64,000 bases of DNA from a bacterium (GCA_049472315.1 JBLIRN010000004.1:1-64000), one strand, 5' to 3'. Positions 11,349 to 23,188 are shown, counted from the stretch's first letter. Translations and numbers: made by a program. The notes: generated by a model from the sequence alone, not told the origin.

Positions 11349-12478
11349 TGCGTCCTTCCCTGGCTTTCAGCAAGCCATGCGATGGCCTGATCGCAGATTT
11401 CCCGTGCCGCATGAGGCCTTCCCAGCACCCGACTCGCCCGGGCCATACCCCCAAGGATCTCGGGCGCGTTCAGGAGTTGTCCGATCTCTTTTGCCAGTAC
11501 CTTGCCTGAAAGATCGCACTGGCGTATCATCCGCGCCGCACCTGCATTCACCATGGCCATTGCATTGGTGGTCTGGTGATCCGCCTTGGCATAGGGATAG
11601 GGTATGAGCAGGGCGGGCGTTCCCGTTGCGGTGAGCTCGGCGAGGGTTCCCGCACCCGCTCGGCAGATAACGAGATCCGACAGGAGATACATCTCCATCA
11701 TGTTGTCGAAAAAGGCCCCGGTCTTCGCGCGGATCCCTTCCCCTGCATACCACCCGAGGACCCGATCATAATCCTCATCCCCGGTCTGGTGGATGACCTG
11801 AAACGGAATCCCCTCCGATTTCAATTGTGCAAAGGCATCCATTGCATTGAGATTGATTGCATGGGCACCGCGACTTCCCCCGGTTACCAGGAGCGTGATG
11901 AGATCCGGTTTCAGCCCCAGGGTCAAACGGCCTTGCGTCCTGTCGATATTCGATGGTATGGAGCGCAAGGGGTTGCCCAGCATCCGCACCTTGTGCGCAG
12001 GGAAATACCTGTCAGTCTGAGGAAACGAGGTAAAGATTCCGTCGGTCCAACGTCCCAAAAGGAGATTTACCTTTCCGGGCACCAGGTTCTGCTCGTGGAT
12101 AAAGGTGGTGATGCCCTTGAGCTTGCCGATGCTTATCGCCGGAAGGGATACATAGGCGCCCAGGCCGATGACGGCATCCGGCCGGTACGAGGCGATGATC
12201 CGCCATGTCCTCACAAAGGAGAGGGCCAGATGATACACATCGGCGATCCTCCCCGGTGTAATCCCTTGGCGCAATCCCTTTACCGGAAGGGCTGCATACG
12301 GCATCCGTTCACTCTCCATAATGTGTCTGTCCATGTCCTTTGACGTCACCACCATCAGGCAATCAAACGAGCCCCGGGCCAGGAATTCCTGCGCCAGGGC
12401 CACCCCCGGATAAATATGCCCCCCTGTGCCGCCTCCTGCAAGAAGGATCCTGATCTCCTTATGTGTACTGGGAGACAT
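11333..12478 (-). CDS. murG: Undecaprenyl-PP-MurNAc-pentapeptide GlcNAc transferase
   Basis: GGGTGGHIYP, HEQN, GGSRGA, RAGAGT, HQ..NA. Confidence 0.97.
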   Translation of the reverse strand: MSPSTHKEIRILLAGGGTGGHIYPGVALAQEFLARGSFDCLMVVTSKDMDRHIMESERMPYAALPVKGLRQGITPGRIADVYHLALSFVRTWRIIASYRPDAVIGLGAYVSLPAISIGKLKGITTFIHEQNLVPGKVNLLLGRWTDGIFTSFPQTDRYFPAHKVRMLGNPLRSIPSNIDRTQGRLTLGLKPDLITLLVTGGSRGAHAINLNAMDAFAQLKSEGIPFQVIHQTGDEDYDRVLGWYAGEGIRAKTGAFFDNMMEMYLLSDLVICRAGAGTLAELTATGTPALLIPYPYAKADHQTTNAMAMVNAGAARMIRQCDLSGKVLAKEIGQLLNAPEILGGMARASRVLGRPHAAREICDQAIAWLAESQGRTQCTLN

Positions 12479-13556
12479 TTAGAAGGATCCCCACGCCCAG
12501 GGCATTGAAGACCAGCGAGGTACCTCCGTAGCTGATAAAAGGGAGCGTGATCCCCTTCGTCGGCAGAAGCCCGGTCACCACCCCCATGTTGATCAATCCC
12601 TGATACACGATCAGGCAGGTAATGCCCACGGCAAGGTTGACCCCGAATGAATCCCTGCAGTTGAGCGCGATCCGTAGGCCCCGCCATGCAATGAGGAAAA
12701 AGAGGCACACGATGAGACAGGTCCCCACCAATCCCACCTCTTTTCCGATTATGGCAAAGATAAAATCCGTAAAGGGCTCCGGTATGGTTATACCGCTCTG
12801 CACCGCATTCCCGAGCCCTGTTCCCATCTTCCCTCCGCTCCCAATGGCCACTATCGACTGGATGAGCTGGTAGCCGCTGCCGGTCGGATCTTCCCATGGA
12901 TTCAAATGGGAAAGGACCCTGGTGACCCGGTAGGGCGTTATCCAGATCAAAATGCCCGTACAGCAGATAAAGACGAGCAACGGCAGGATCAGATAACGCA
13001 GGCGGAATCCCGCCACATAGAGCATGGTCAATCCTACGATGACCAGGAGGGCTGCTGTGCCCAGATCGGGCTGGGCCACAATGAGGGCAAAAAATGCACC
13101 CAGCATCAAGAAAAGGGGAGACGAGATGGATTCCAACTCCTCCGGTTTGTTTTTCTTCTTGGCTATAAATGATGCCATAAAGAGAATGATCGCCATCTTT
13201 GCCAGCTCGGACGGCTGAAAGCTCAAAAAGGGGGTGATTTTAATCCACCTGCGCGCCCCTCCCCACTTGAGACCGATTTGGGGGGCGAACACCAGAAGCA
13301 GCATGCCGAAGCTCGCAATGAGGAGCACCGGTGCCCACCGTTTCCATACCGTGTAAGGGCTCTTCATTGCCGCAACGAGAAAACACAGGGCCACGAACAG
13401 GTGACACAGGTGTATCCGTAAGAAATGAAAGGGGCTCTGGCCGTATTTGGTCACGGCTATGATGGCGCTCGCATTGTAGACCATCACCACCCCGATTCCC
13501 ATCATGATCAATGCCGTTACCAGGAGCAACTGATCAAAGCAGCGTTTTCTGGGCAT
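12459..13556 (-). CDS. ftsW: SEDS peptidoglycan polymerase FtsW
   Basis: GARRWI, FQPSELAK, QPDLGT, TDFIF, GITLPFISYGGTS. Confidence 0.96.
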   Translation of the reverse strand: MPRKRCFDQLLLVTALIMMGIGVVMVYNASAIIAVTKYGQSPFHFLRIHLCHLFVALCFLVAAMKSPYTVWKRWAPVLLIASFGMLLLVFAPQIGLKWGGARRWIKITPFLSFQPSELAKMAIILFMASFIAKKKNKPEELESISSPLFLMLGAFFALIVAQPDLGTAALLVIVGLTMLYVAGFRLRYLILPLLVFICCTGILIWITPYRVTRVLSHLNPWEDPTGSGYQLIQSIVAIGSGGKMGTGLGNAVQSGITIPEPFTDFIFAIIGKEVGLVGTCLIVCLFFLIAWRGLRIALNCRDSFGVNLAVGITCLIVYQGLINMGVVTGLLPTKGITLPFISYGGTSLVFNALGVGILLNVSQYT

Positions 13557-14958
13557 GTGCCAACTCCATCACGATTGTTTTGAACTGGTTTCCTCTGTCC
13601 TTGTAATCCTTGAACATATCGAAGCTTGCACAGCCGGGTGAAAGGAGGATGGTGTCACCCGGCTGGGCCATTTTGTATGCATCTTCCACCGCGGACCGCA
13701 GATCCGCAGCGGCGACAATCCGTGTGGAGGTCCCCCATGCCTGTGCAATTGCCGCTTGCGCCTCTCCGATGAGGAAGACCGCCCGCACCTTATCCTTTAC
13801 AAGCGGGGCAAGACTGGTGAAATCACACCCCTTGGCCTGACCTCCGGCAATGAGCAGGATGGGGGCTGGGACCGCATCGAGGGCCTTTTGGACCGAGCCC
13901 ACGTTGGTTCCCTTTGAGTCGTTGATAAAGGTGATCCCCCCGATATTCCCGACCGTCTCCAGGCGATGGGATAATCCCTTGAAATCCCTGAGAACCTGCC
14001 GGATCGACTCCACGGAGACCCCGGCGCAATAGGCAGCAAGGCTTGCCGCCATCATATTCTCCAGGTTGTGGCTGCCCGTCAATCCCATCCCCTGCACCGG
14101 CCCCAGATCAAGCTCGGAGTCATTATCCCGGACGATCATGCGGCCCTCCCCTATCATGGCGCCCCGGGTGACCGGCCGGCAGGTGTCGAAAAGGTATACC
14201 TTGGCGGCGCATCCCTTTGCCAGTCCCGCCACCCAGGGGTCTCCCCCGTTCAGGATGGCGTAATCCCCTGCGGCCTGATGTCTCAGGATCCGGGCCTTTG
14301 CCTCCTGATACGCCGCGATCCCCGGATAGCGGTCCAGATGATCCGGGGTAAGATTGAGTATGACGGCGATGTGGGGGGCGAAGGTACTCACCCCCTCCAG
14401 TTGGAAACTGCTCACCTCGGCAACCAGGTAGTCATATTCATTTCCTTCATGGATGGAATCGAGGATAGGGGTACCGATATTGCCTCCCACAAAGGCCTTC
14501 TTGTTATCCGCATGCAGGATCTCCCCCACCAGTGTGGTGGTGGTGGTCTTTCCGTTGGTCCCGGTTATGGCGATCATGGGCGTTGCAGTCAGTTGAAAGG
14601 CAAGCTCTATGTCGCTCACCACCGGTATCCCTTGGGCACTGGCCTTCACCAGCGGGGGTATGTTCATGGGCACCCCAGGGCTGACCAGTATCAGGTCCTG
14701 GTCCACAAAGGTCTTCTCCTGATGCCCCCCGAATTCCCACTGCACATCCCTCGTATCCAGGTTCCGAAGGGCACCCTCGCATTCGGATCGCTGCTTGGAT
14801 TCGGACACGGTAACCCTGCAACCCCGCTCGGTCAGGAATCGAATCGCTGCAAGGCCGGTGACGGCGCATCCCACGATCAATACATTCCTGCCGGGCAGTG
14901 ACTCGATGGCGGCACAGGTTTCCGGTGCCTTTTTTGATTTTTCTCTGCCTTTCCGCAT
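13534..14958 (-). CDS. murD: UDP-MurNAc-L-Ala--D-glutamate ligase
   Basis: SPGVP, GTNGKTTT, EVSSFQL, DHLDRY, NDSKGTN, SPGCASFD. The start is approximate. Confidence 0.97.
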   Translation of the reverse strand: MRKGREKSKKAPETCAAIESLPGRNVLIVGCAVTGLAAIRFLTERGCRVTVSESKQRSECEGALRNLDTRDVQWEFGGHQEKTFVDQDLILVSPGVPMNIPPLVKASAQGIPVVSDIELAFQLTATPMIAITGTNGKTTTTTLVGEILHADNKKAFVGGNIGTPILDSIHEGNEYDYLVAEVSSFQLEGVSTFAPHIAVILNLTPDHLDRYPGIAAYQEAKARILRHQAAGDYAILNGGDPWVAGLAKGCAAKVYLFDTCRPVTRGAMIGEGRMIVRDNDSELDLGPVQGMGLTGSHNLENMMAASLAAYCAGVSVESIRQVLRDFKGLSHRLETVGNIGGITFINDSKGTNVGSVQKALDAVPAPILLIAGGQAKGCDFTSLAPLVKDKVRAVFLIGEAQAAIAQAWGTSTRIVAAADLRSAVEDAYKMAQPGDTILLSPGCASFDMFKDYKDRGNQFKTIVMELAHAQKTLL

Positions 14959-14963
14959 ATCGA

Positions 14964-16049
14964 TCACCGCAGTTTCAACGTGCTCAGGCTGAGCAGGGCC
15001 AGGATGATGGAGATGATCCAGAAACGAACAATGATCTTCGGTTCGGCCCATCCCTTCAGCTCAAAGTGATGATGTATGGGCGCCATGGCGAACACCCGGC
15101 GGCCGCTCAACCGGAACGAGATGACCTGAATGATCACCGACACGGTCTCGATGACGAACAGCCCCCCGATCAGGATCAGTATCAACTCATGCTTTGTCAG
15201 AAGCGCAACCGTACCCAGGGCTGCCCCCAAGGAGAGGGAGCCGATGTCCCCCATGAAAACCTGGGCGGGATAGGTGTTAAACCAGAGGAACCCCATTCCC
15301 GCACCGATCATGGCACTGCAAAAAATGGTGAGCTCCCCTGCGCCCTTCACATTGATGATCATGAGATAATCGGCAAACCTCGCATGCCCGGTGACGTATG
15401 CGATTGCCGTATACGTGGCTGCGGCGATGATCAATGGGCCGATGGCGAGCCCGTCCAGTCCGTCCGTGAGGTTGACGCTGTTTGATGTGCCCACGATCAC
15501 CAGGATGCAAAAGGGGACATACAGCCAGCCCAGATTGGGGCTCACGTTTTTAAGAAATGGAATCGCCAGCTCCGTGGTGTACGAGTTTGACGGATTCAGG
15601 TAGAGATAGAGCCCCGCTGCAAGGGCGATAATGCACTGCCAGGCGAATTTGGTTGATATGCTCAATCCGGAGGACTTTCCCCGGCCCTTCAATTTCAGAT
15701 AGTCATCCACAAATCCCACCAGGCCGAATGAAGCGGTAACCAGCAGTATGACCCATATGTAGCGATTGGTAAGATCCGCCCACAAGAGGGTCGGCACTAT
15801 AAGGGCGATCAGGATGAGTATCCCCCCCATGGTGGGAGTGCCTGCCTTTGCCCGGTGAACGCTGGGGACCACATCACGAATCTGCTCACCGATCTTGAGT
15901 GACTGCAGCCTCCTTATGAGCCATGGTCCGAGAACAAAGCTGAGGATCAACGAGGTCAGTGCGGTATAGGCCGCCCTGAAGGTGATATACCGGAAGACAT
16001 TCAGGAAGGAGAGGCGGCCGTGCAATGAATATATTAAATGGTAGAGCAT
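14964..16049 (-). CDS. mraY: Phospho-MurNAc-pentapeptide transferase
   Basis: [35 protein letters not shown]. Confidence 0.99.
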   Translation of the reverse strand: MLYHLIYSLHGRLSFLNVFRYITFRAAYTALTSLILSFVLGPWLIRRLQSLKIGEQIRDVVPSVHRAKAGTPTMGGILILIALIVPTLLWADLTNRYIWVILLVTASFGLVGFVDDYLKLKGRGKSSGLSISTKFAWQCIIALAAGLYLYLNPSNSYTTELAIPFLKNVSPNLGWLYVPFCILVIVGTSNSVNLTDGLDGLAIGPLIIAAATYTAIAYVTGHARFADYLMIINVKGAGELTIFCSAMIGAGMGFLWFNTYPAQVFMGDIGSLSLGAALGTVALLTKHELILILIGGLFVIETVSVIIQVISFRLSGRRVFAMAPIHHHFELKGWAEPKIIVRFWIISIILALLSLSTLKLR

Positions 16050-17497
16050 CAGTACAATCCCTCCGTGTGTGCCATTCTCTTCTGCACCCCGTTTCGTGCA
16101 TTGATCAATTCCACGATCCTGGCGGAAACGCGATCCAGACCCATCAGTCTGGAGCCTTTAATGAGCACCCAGTCCCCCGAATCGACCAGGGAACATGCCA
16201 GGAGGGAAATCTCCTCATGCTCCTTCAACGACCATACATTCCGGCAAGGATACCCCATCTTTACCGCCTCCTCGGCCATGATCCGCGCCTGGGGGCCGAT
16301 GGTGATCAAAAAATCCAGCCTCCGGTTGTGCCCCAGCCATTGTCCCAATTGACGGTGCAGGCATTCCGATTGATTTCCCAATTCGAGCATATCGCCCAGG
16401 ATTGCCACCGACCGGTTGGATCCCTTGCACTCGGAAAGGGTATTAAGGGCCGAATGCATGGACTCAGGATTCGCATTGTAGGAATCATCCAGGATGTGAA
16501 TTCCCCGCACCACCTTGTGATGCATGCGGTTTAAAACGGGGGTGAATGCCGCCACCCCGTCCATGATCTCGTGTTTCCCGCACCCCATGTGTAGCGCAAC
16601 CGCAACCGCCATGGAGAGATTGTATGCGGCCGTTCTTCCCAGTATGGGAAGGGTTGCGGTGATCGGCTCTCCTTTGACGATTACCGTCACCTCGGTCATT
16701 CCCTCCTCCGGGAGCAGCGTGATGCCGTGTATCCTGACATCGGCGTCATCGGATTCGCCCACCGTGATCACCCCATTGGGGCACCGTTCCACCAATATGT
16801 AATAGTAGGGATCATCCCTGTTGAGAACCGCCATGCCGTCCGAATCCATCCCTTGCAGGAGTTCCGATTTCGCATCGATGATGCAGTTCACCGATCCGAG
16901 AAATCCTATATGGGCCCTGCCGATGTTGGTGATCACACCGATCGACGGCCGTACCATGGAGGTGAGCTGTGCGATCTCGCCCAGATGATTCATCCCCAAT
17001 TCCACGACCGCAGCCTCGTGCCCTTCGGCCATATGCAAAAGGGTCAGGGACACGCCGATGAGGTTGTTCTTGTTTCCCTCTGTTTTCAAGCAGTTATACC
17101 GTTGCATGAGAATGCTCGATATCAATTCCTTTGTGGTTGTCTTTCCTGAACTGCCGGTTACCGCTATCACCCTGCACGAATGTCGTGCGCGCCACTCGGC
17201 TGCCATGTGCCGGAGGCTCGCCAGCGTGTCATCGACCTTGATCAGCCTGTTCCTGACGCCATCCGATCCGGTGGCCCTTGAAACCACCGCAGCCACCGCC
17301 CCCTGCTCAATCGCCGCATCCACAAAATCATTCCCGTCAAACCGCTCTCCCTTGATGGCCCAAAACAGGTCTCCCGCACATACCGTGCGTGAATCGATGG
17401 ATATCTCCCGTATGGCAGTCCGGGCGCACTTCGCATCCGGATGTGCCAGCCATTCCCCCCCGATAGTACGAGCTACCTGATCGGGTGTCAGTTTCAT
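16049..17497 (-). CDS. murF: UDP-MurNAc-tripeptide--D-Ala-D-Ala ligase
   Basis: [42 protein letters not shown]. Confidence 0.97.
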   Translation of the reverse strand: MKLTPDQVARTIGGEWLAHPDAKCARTAIREISIDSRTVCAGDLFWAIKGERFDGNDFVDAAIEQGAVAAVVSRATGSDGVRNRLIKVDDTLASLRHMAAEWRARHSCRVIAVTGSSGKTTTKELISSILMQRYNCLKTEGNKNNLIGVSLTLLHMAEGHEAAVVELGMNHLGEIAQLTSMVRPSIGVITNIGRAHIGFLGSVNCIIDAKSELLQGMDSDGMAVLNRDDPYYYILVERCPNGVITVGESDDADVRIHGITLLPEEGMTEVTVIVKGEPITATLPILGRTAAYNLSMAVAVALHMGCGKHEIMDGVAAFTPVLNRMHHKVVRGIHILDDSYNANPESMHSALNTLSECKGSNRSVAILGDMLELGNQSECLHRQLGQWLGHNRRLDFLITIGPQARIMAEEAVKMGYPCRNVWSLKEHEEISLLACSLVDSGDWVLIKGSRLMGLDRVSARIVELINARNGVQKRMAHTEGLY

Positions 17498-17501
17498 TGA
17501 A

Positions 17502-19049
17502 TCAGATCCCAACCCTCTTTTCCGTGAATTCGGTGAGAATCTCTCGTGTAACCTCACGGTCATCAAAGGGGAGCACCTGTGAGCCGATTGTCTGTGTCGT
17601 TTCATGTCCCTTACCCGTAATCACCACCATGTCGCCCGGTTTCGCCATATGTATCGCTCGATGAATCGCCTCCCGTCGATCAATACAGATCTCGTACCCC
17701 TCCTTTCCCTTTTCCCGCACAAAGCCCGCCTCGATCTCCCGGATGATGTCCTCCGGCTCCTCCCCCCGGGGATTGTCCGAGGTGAGGATAGACCAATCGC
17801 TTCCCCTTGCCGCAGCCTTGCCCATGAGGGGGCGTTTGGTTCGATCCCTGTTGCCGCCGCAGCCAAACACGCAGATCACCCTCCCCCGCGCATGGGCCCT
17901 CACCACGGAAAGCAGGTTGGCCAGGGCGTCATCGGTATGGGCATAATCAATGATCACATCGAAATCCTGTCCTGCGCTGATCCGCTCAAACCGCCCGGGA
18001 ACACCGGTCACCTTATGGATGCCCGCCTGCAAATCGTCGCCTTCGACACCAAATGCCATGGCCACGCACGAGGCGGCAAGGATGTTGTATATGTTCGGCC
18101 GTCCCATAAGGGACGACCCAATGTGATGGTCACCCCACGGGGTGACCATCCGGAACGATACCCCTTCCATACGATGCTCAATGTCACGGGCGGTGACGTC
18201 AGCATTCCCCTCAATTCCGTAGGTGACGGTCGACGAGGGGTTCGCGGTAACCCTTTTCCTGTGCTCCAGGATTTCCCTGGAGGCGGGATCATCGAGATTA
18301 AACACCGCACAACGGTCCGCTGGACTGCCCGCGGATTCGCGGTCGAGCATCTCGAAAAGCCGTGCCTTGGCCCTCCGATATTCGCCGTGGGTGGTATGAA
18401 AGTCCAGATGATCCTGGGTGATGTTGGTCAACACGGCTGCATCAAAGGAACATCCGGCCACCCTTTGCAGGACCAGGGAATGGGAGGAAACCTCGACCAC
18501 CCCCCACCCGCATCCCCCCTCCACCATCTGATGTAGAATTCTATGTAAATCGAGGGATTCAGGCGTCGTCCGCTGGGAGGGGAATTCCTCGCCGCCGATT
18601 CCGTAATTCAGCGTGGTGATCCATCCCACCCGCTCACCTGCGGCCTCCATGATCCGTGCTATCAACGTACAGGTGGTTGTTTTTCCATTCGTACCGGTGA
18701 CCCCCACCAGTTTGAGCCTTCTCGACGGATGCCCGTAGAATTCGTCGGCCATCAATGCCAGGGCACGACGGGTATCGGAGACCAGACACAGGGTAACCCC
18801 CTGCTCCACCCACTTCCTGACGGCAGGGTCCTCCCAATACCTCCGGTCCTCAATGACAAAGCCTCGGGCGCCTTTTTCTCCTGCATCGTTCAAAAAGATA
18901 TGGCCATCGGTGGCATATCCCTTGATCGCCACAAAGAGATCCCCCGGTTGCACCCTGCGCGAGTCATAGCACAGCCCCCCTACATCGAGGATCATGTCCC
19001 CCATGAATTCCAGGGGATCAACGGAGCCCATCAAACGATCGATTTCCAT
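17502..19049 (-). CDS. murE: UDP-MurNAc-dipeptide--meso-DAP ligase
   Basis: GTNGKTT, EVSSHSL, DYAHT, DNPR (DAP-type), GKGHE. Confidence 0.98.
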   Translation of the reverse strand: MEIDRLMGSVDPLEFMGDMILDVGGLCYDSRRVQPGDLFVAIKGYATDGHIFLNDAGEKGARGFVIEDRRYWEDPAVRKWVEQGVTLCLVSDTRRALALMADEFYGHPSRRLKLVGVTGTNGKTTTCTLIARIMEAAGERVGWITTLNYGIGGEEFPSQRTTPESLDLHRILHQMVEGGCGWGVVEVSSHSLVLQRVAGCSFDAAVLTNITQDHLDFHTTHGEYRRAKARLFEMLDRESAGSPADRCAVFNLDDPASREILEHRKRVTANPSSTVTYGIEGNADVTARDIEHRMEGVSFRMVTPWGDHHIGSSLMGRPNIYNILAASCVAMAFGVEGDDLQAGIHKVTGVPGRFERISAGQDFDVIIDYAHTDDALANLLSVVRAHARGRVICVFGCGGNRDRTKRPLMGKAAARGSDWSILTSDNPRGEEPEDIIREIEAGFVREKGKEGYEICIDRREAIHRAIHMAKPGDMVVITGKGHETTQTIGSQVLPFDDREVTREILTEFTEKRVGI

Positions 19050-19293
19050 GTTCCTTGTCCCAACGAAACCATTTCGTTATACGATATTTTCAGCGAATTA
19101 TCTGTTTTTAAATACCTTCATCCCTCGTTGTGATCGACGGATCACCGTGATTATTGGAATATATAGTCAATACCTCGTTGCGCCCATGAGGTCACTCCCC
19201 ACAGGGCGCCTGTCCCATATATTCTATCATACCCACCCTGGTGATATCGCAGCGCTGTGTCCGCTCCCGGGACCCCGTTCAGCCCGAGGTCCG

Positions 19294-21003
19294 TTAAAAT
19301 TGAGCGGTCACGATGAGCTGACGATCCTTCCCAGGGCGATCATTATCACCAGGGGGGATATGATAGTATCGAATGATTCGTGCCGCCACCTCGCCAAAGA
19401 CGGGTGCCGCCACATCCCCTCCCCAGCACGTACCGCGCGGCTGGGAGATCATGACCAGCATGGCCCATCGTGCCTGCTGGTCCGGAAAAAAACCTACAAA
19501 GGAGGCCACGAAATCCTGGTGCGAATACTCGCCGGTGGCGGGATCCACCATCTGTGCGGTCCCTGTTTTTCCCCCTATCGAATACCCCGGCACCGCCGCC
19601 TTTTGTCCGGTGCCTCGCTCCACCACCCCTTGAAGTATCTTTTTTAGCTCCTCGCTGGTCCTGGCGCTTATGACCCTTTTCTGCGCGGTCGGGGTCCTGT
19701 TGAAGAGAACACTGCCGTCACTTGCGCGTATTTCCTTCAGTAAAAAGGGTTCCATCAGGTTCCCGCCGTTCACCAGTGAGGCAAAGGCGGTAATCATCTG
19801 GATGGGGGTCACCGAAACCTCCTGCCCTATGGCAATGGAGGCCATGGACAACCCCGACCAGTTCGAGGGGGGGCGCAGGATTCCCGTGGCTTCCCCCGGA
19901 AAATCAATACCCGTTTTTTCGCCGAATCCAAATTTCCTTAAGTACCGGTAGTACCGGCTTTCTCCCAATTCCCGGGCATACTTGATGGCGCCGATATTGC
20001 TCGACCGTTCGATAACCTGTCTGAAGCTCAGCCATCCGAATTTCATGTGATCCCTGATCTTCTTGCCGGCAATGGCAATTGCCCCGTTTTCGCAAAACAC
20101 GATGGAATGATCCCGGACCAATCCTTCCTCCAGCAATGCCGCCGCCCAGAAGAGCTTGAAAATGGAGCCGGGCTCATACACATCGGTCACGCAGCGGTTG
20201 CGCCAATAATCATTGGGATAATCGACGAAATGATTCGGATTATACCCGGGCCAGTTGGCCATGGCGATGATCCCGCCGGTATGTGTGTCCATGACGATCA
20301 CAAGTCCATGCTGGGCATTCGCCTCCGTACAGGCCCTTCTCAGGGCGTCATCGGCAAAGAACTGTACCGCCATATCGATCGTCAGATAAAGATTGTGTTC
20401 CTTCCGGCTGAAGGAGGAAGAATCACCGGCACATTCGGGGATGCAGGGTTGCTTCGTCCTGTTCAGGAAATCATCGTAATGAAACTCCAGCCCCTCCAGC
20501 CCCTTTCCGTCGATACCTACAAAGCCGACAACCTGGGCGGCCAGTTCGGCATTCGGATAATACCGCTCCGTTTCCATGATGTATTCAATTTCGGGAAGAC
20601 TCAGGCCGTCAAGACACTGCTTCTGATCCGGGTTGAGCCTTCGGTGGACCCAGACGAATCCCTTATCGCTTCGATATGCCTCCCGTACGCGCTTTTTGTC
20701 CGCCCACGGCAAACGTGCAAGCGCCTTCAGGGCAGCATCCGGGCTGTCCGATTTCTTGGTAATGAGGTATGCGGAGGGGGCCTGGACGCTCAATGCCATT
20801 TCCCTTCCGCATCGGTCGTATATCCCTCCCCGCTGCGGATCGGTATCCACGGGAATCCGTTCCCTTACCAGGTCCATGGCGTTCAATTCCACATGATCGA
20901 TCACCTGCAACTGGACAAGACGTCCGATCAGCACGATGCTTCCCAGGCAGAAAAGGGAGAAAAGAACGTATATCCTCCGTTTGCTCATGGAATGTCTATT
21001 CAT
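19294..21003 (-). CDS. ftsI: Peptidoglycan transpeptidase FtsI/PBP3 (no PASTA domain)
   Basis: RGGIYDR, GLEGLE, SxxK (GSIFK), SxN (SSN), KTG. Confidence 0.95.
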   Translation of the reverse strand: MNRHSMSKRRIYVLFSLFCLGSIVLIGRLVQLQVIDHVELNAMDLVRERIPVDTDPQRGGIYDRCGREMALSVQAPSAYLITKKSDSPDAALKALARLPWADKKRVREAYRSDKGFVWVHRRLNPDQKQCLDGLSLPEIEYIMETERYYPNAELAAQVVGFVGIDGKGLEGLEFHYDDFLNRTKQPCIPECAGDSSSFSRKEHNLYLTIDMAVQFFADDALRRACTEANAQHGLVIVMDTHTGGIIAMANWPGYNPNHFVDYPNDYWRNRCVTDVYEPGSIFKLFWAAALLEEGLVRDHSIVFCENGAIAIAGKKIRDHMKFGWLSFRQVIERSSNIGAIKYARELGESRYYRYLRKFGFGEKTGIDFPGEATGILRPPSNWSGLSMASIAIGQEVSVTPIQMITAFASLVNGGNLMEPFLLKEIRASDGSVLFNRTPTAQKRVISARTSEELKKILQGVVERGTGQKAAVPGYSIGGKTGTAQMVDPATGEYSHQDFVASFVGFFPDQQARWAMLVMISQPRGTCWGGDVAAPVFGEVAARIIRYYHIPPGDNDRPGKDRQLIVTAQF

Positions 21004-21331
21004 CCTTCTCCAACGATTCGGTCGAAAGGATCACCAATTGATCGGGACCGGGATTCACAAATCCCAACTGCTCCCGGGCATTTCGTTCAATATGGGGCAA
21101 TGACCTCAAGTATCCCCGCTCCAAGTGCAGGTGGCGGTTTATTTGCACCAACTGATCCCTGGAGTTCACCAACTCGATCACCTCATCCTCGATCCGCACC
21201 TTAAGGATACATTGCCGTATATAGAACAGGACCATTGCAAAAAAAATGGCCAAAACCAGGGCATACCCAAAGGCCTTTATCACCTCGGCGGTATCAAGAT
21301 CCCGATGGACTTTATAGTTGTTCAGCGACAT
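20996..21331 (-). CDS. ftsL: Cell division protein FtsL
   Basis: Small bitopic protein with coiled coil ending IERNAREQLG; lies between rsmH and ftsI. Confidence 0.85.
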   Translation of the reverse strand: MSLNNYKVHRDLDTAEVIKAFGYALVLAIFFAMVLFYIRQCILKVRIEDEVIELVNSRDQLVQINRHLHLERGYLRSLPHIERNAREQLGFVNPGPDQLVILSTESLEKDE

Positions 21332-22233
21332 TCGGCAACCCTCATACGGGCGCTTCTGGATCGCGGATTCATGCGTACCTCCTCAGGGGAGGGCCTCAAC
21401 GGTTTTTTTGTGATCATGTCGACCCTCCTGTGAACATCACCCTCCCTGCCCTTTCCAGCCGCTTCACGGAAAAATCGCTTTACCAGACCATCCTCCAGGG
21501 AGTGAAAGGAAATGATACATACCCGTGCCCCCTGCTTCAGGCAATCCCATACCACCCTCAAAAACCGGGCAAGGTTTTCCAACTCTTGATTTACCTCTAT
21601 CCTCAAGGCCTGAAATGTACGTGTTGCCGGATGAATCCTCCATCTTCCCGATGATCGGGGGATGGCGGCGCAGATCGTGCGGACGAGGTGGGTCGTCGTT
21701 TCGATGGGGCCCCTTCTCCTCTCCTCCACAATCCTTCGAGCAATTCGTCGTGCCCAGCGTTCCTCGCCGTAGTTCCATATGATTTCCGCCAGTTCGGATT
21801 CCTGATACCGGTTGACAATGTCCGATGCCCGTATGCCTCCGGAGGGATCGAAATTCATCCCCAGGGGCTCATCGCTCAGAAAGCTGAAACCCCTCTCCTT
21901 GTTCCCCAATTGGTACGAGGAAACCCCCAGGTCAAGGAGCACGCCGTCGAGTGCGGTTATTTTATGGGATTCCATGATGGAGGGAAGATCCTTGAAGTTT
22001 CCGTGCACCAGCGTAACCCGATCCCGGAATTTGGCAAGCCTCTCCCCTGCTATTGCAAGGGCCTTGGAGTCCATATCGATGCCGAGAAGCTTCCCATCCG
22101 GTGAGGTGCTGTCCAGAATCCTTTCCGCATGCCCCCCCAGCCCAACGGTACCATCGCAGTAAGTTCTTCCAGGAAGACAATTCAGGCAGCACAGTACCTG
22201 ATCGACCATCACAGGTGTATGAATCCCCTCCAT
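21322..22233 (-). CDS. rsmH: 16S rRNA m4C1402 methyltransferase
   Basis: HTPVM, DGTVGLGGH, DLGVSSYQL, FQALRIEVN, SFHSLED, NPRSRSA. Confidence 0.98.
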   Translation of the reverse strand: MEGIHTPVMVDQVLCCLNCLPGRTYCDGTVGLGGHAERILDSTSPDGKLLGIDMDSKALAIAGERLAKFRDRVTLVHGNFKDLPSIMESHKITALDGVLLDLGVSSYQLGNKERGFSFLSDEPLGMNFDPSGGIRASDIVNRYQESELAEIIWNYGEERWARRIARRIVEERRRGPIETTTHLVRTICAAIPRSSGRWRIHPATRTFQALRIEVNQELENLARFLRVVWDCLKQGARVCIISFHSLEDGLVKRFFREAAGKGREGDVHRRVDMITKKPLRPSPEEVRMNPRSRSARMRVAECR

Positions 22234-22321
22234 CCCCTCCCCCTGCCGACTTGGAGACCCTGTAACGAGACACTATTGCATCTATGTAGAAAGGAATTCC
22301 GGAGTCACGAATCGAATGGTA

Positions 22322-22771
22322 TTACACCCCCAGTTTCGCCACCTTTTCCATGAGAGCGTCCATATTCCCCTCAGTCTCCCTCTTATTCTCGGTCCATTTC
22401 TCAAGCGGCCAGATTTCAAAATGATCCATCACCCCAACTATGGCCACCTTGGAATTGATGCCGCACTTTTCCCTCATATACGGAGGGACCAGTATCCTGC
22501 CCGAACGGTCCATGACACAGTCGAATGCGTCCGAATATCGATTGCGTATAAACTTGATTACATCGCTGTTAAAGGAGGGGAGATTTCGCAAATCTTCCTC
22601 CTTTTTATTCCATTCCTGCATGGGGTACGCCTCGATGCAGTCCTTGGAAAGGGTGAGCGACAATTCCCCGCCACCGTAGTCCTTGTTCAGGGTATCCCTG
22701 ATCCGGGTGGGTATGCTCAAACGTCCCTTTTGATCCATCGTATGCTCGTATGTCCCTTTAAAACTTGGCAT
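22322..22771 (-). CDS. mraZ: Transcriptional regulator MraZ
   Basis: Two DxKGR/DRSGR repeats, FEIW; first gene of the dcw cluster. Confidence 0.97.
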   Translation of the reverse strand: MPSFKGTYEHTMDQKGRLSIPTRIRDTLNKDYGGGELSLTLSKDCIEAYPMQEWNKKEEDLRNLPSFNSDVIKFIRNRYSDAFDCVMDRSGRILVPPYMREKCGINSKVAIVGVMDHFEIWPLEKWTENKRETEGNMDALMEKVAKLGV

Positions 22772-22806
22772 TATCCGGATTCTTCATTCCCCGCGTTGTG
22801 GTTTTG

Positions 22807-22883
22807 TATCCCTTTTTATCCCACATTAAGGTATAGCTATCCCACTTCTTGGAAAAGATAGCCCACTTCGATATTTTTGTCAA
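22807..22883 (-). promoter_or_regulatory. dcw promoter with helically phased GTGGG MraZ-type boxes
   Basis: TTGACA (22883-22878), 17 bp, TATCTT (22860-22855). GTGGG at 22866, 22845 and 22824 (21-bp spacing) plus a GGGATA copy at 22812. Confidence 0.75.
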
Positions 22884-23188
22884 GGGTTGAGGTGATATTG
22901 GTTGAAAGGCAGGATTTTGCATGAAATAAAAAATAATTTATATCGATTTTATTGATTTATCTAAAACAAATTATCATCGGCTCTATAATGAATAGTGCAC
23001 GATAATCTAAAAAATGAACACCTATCTCTCATATGCCACTGCATTCCACGATTCATAACTTCTTACTACCCTGGAGGAAAGGAGTGGATGGTAACCCAAT
23101 GAACCCGGTGGGGGAAAGTGGGAGCGGACCTTCCGCATCCCAGGAGGGCATTTGACAAGGGTGGATGCCATCCCCTAATATCACACCT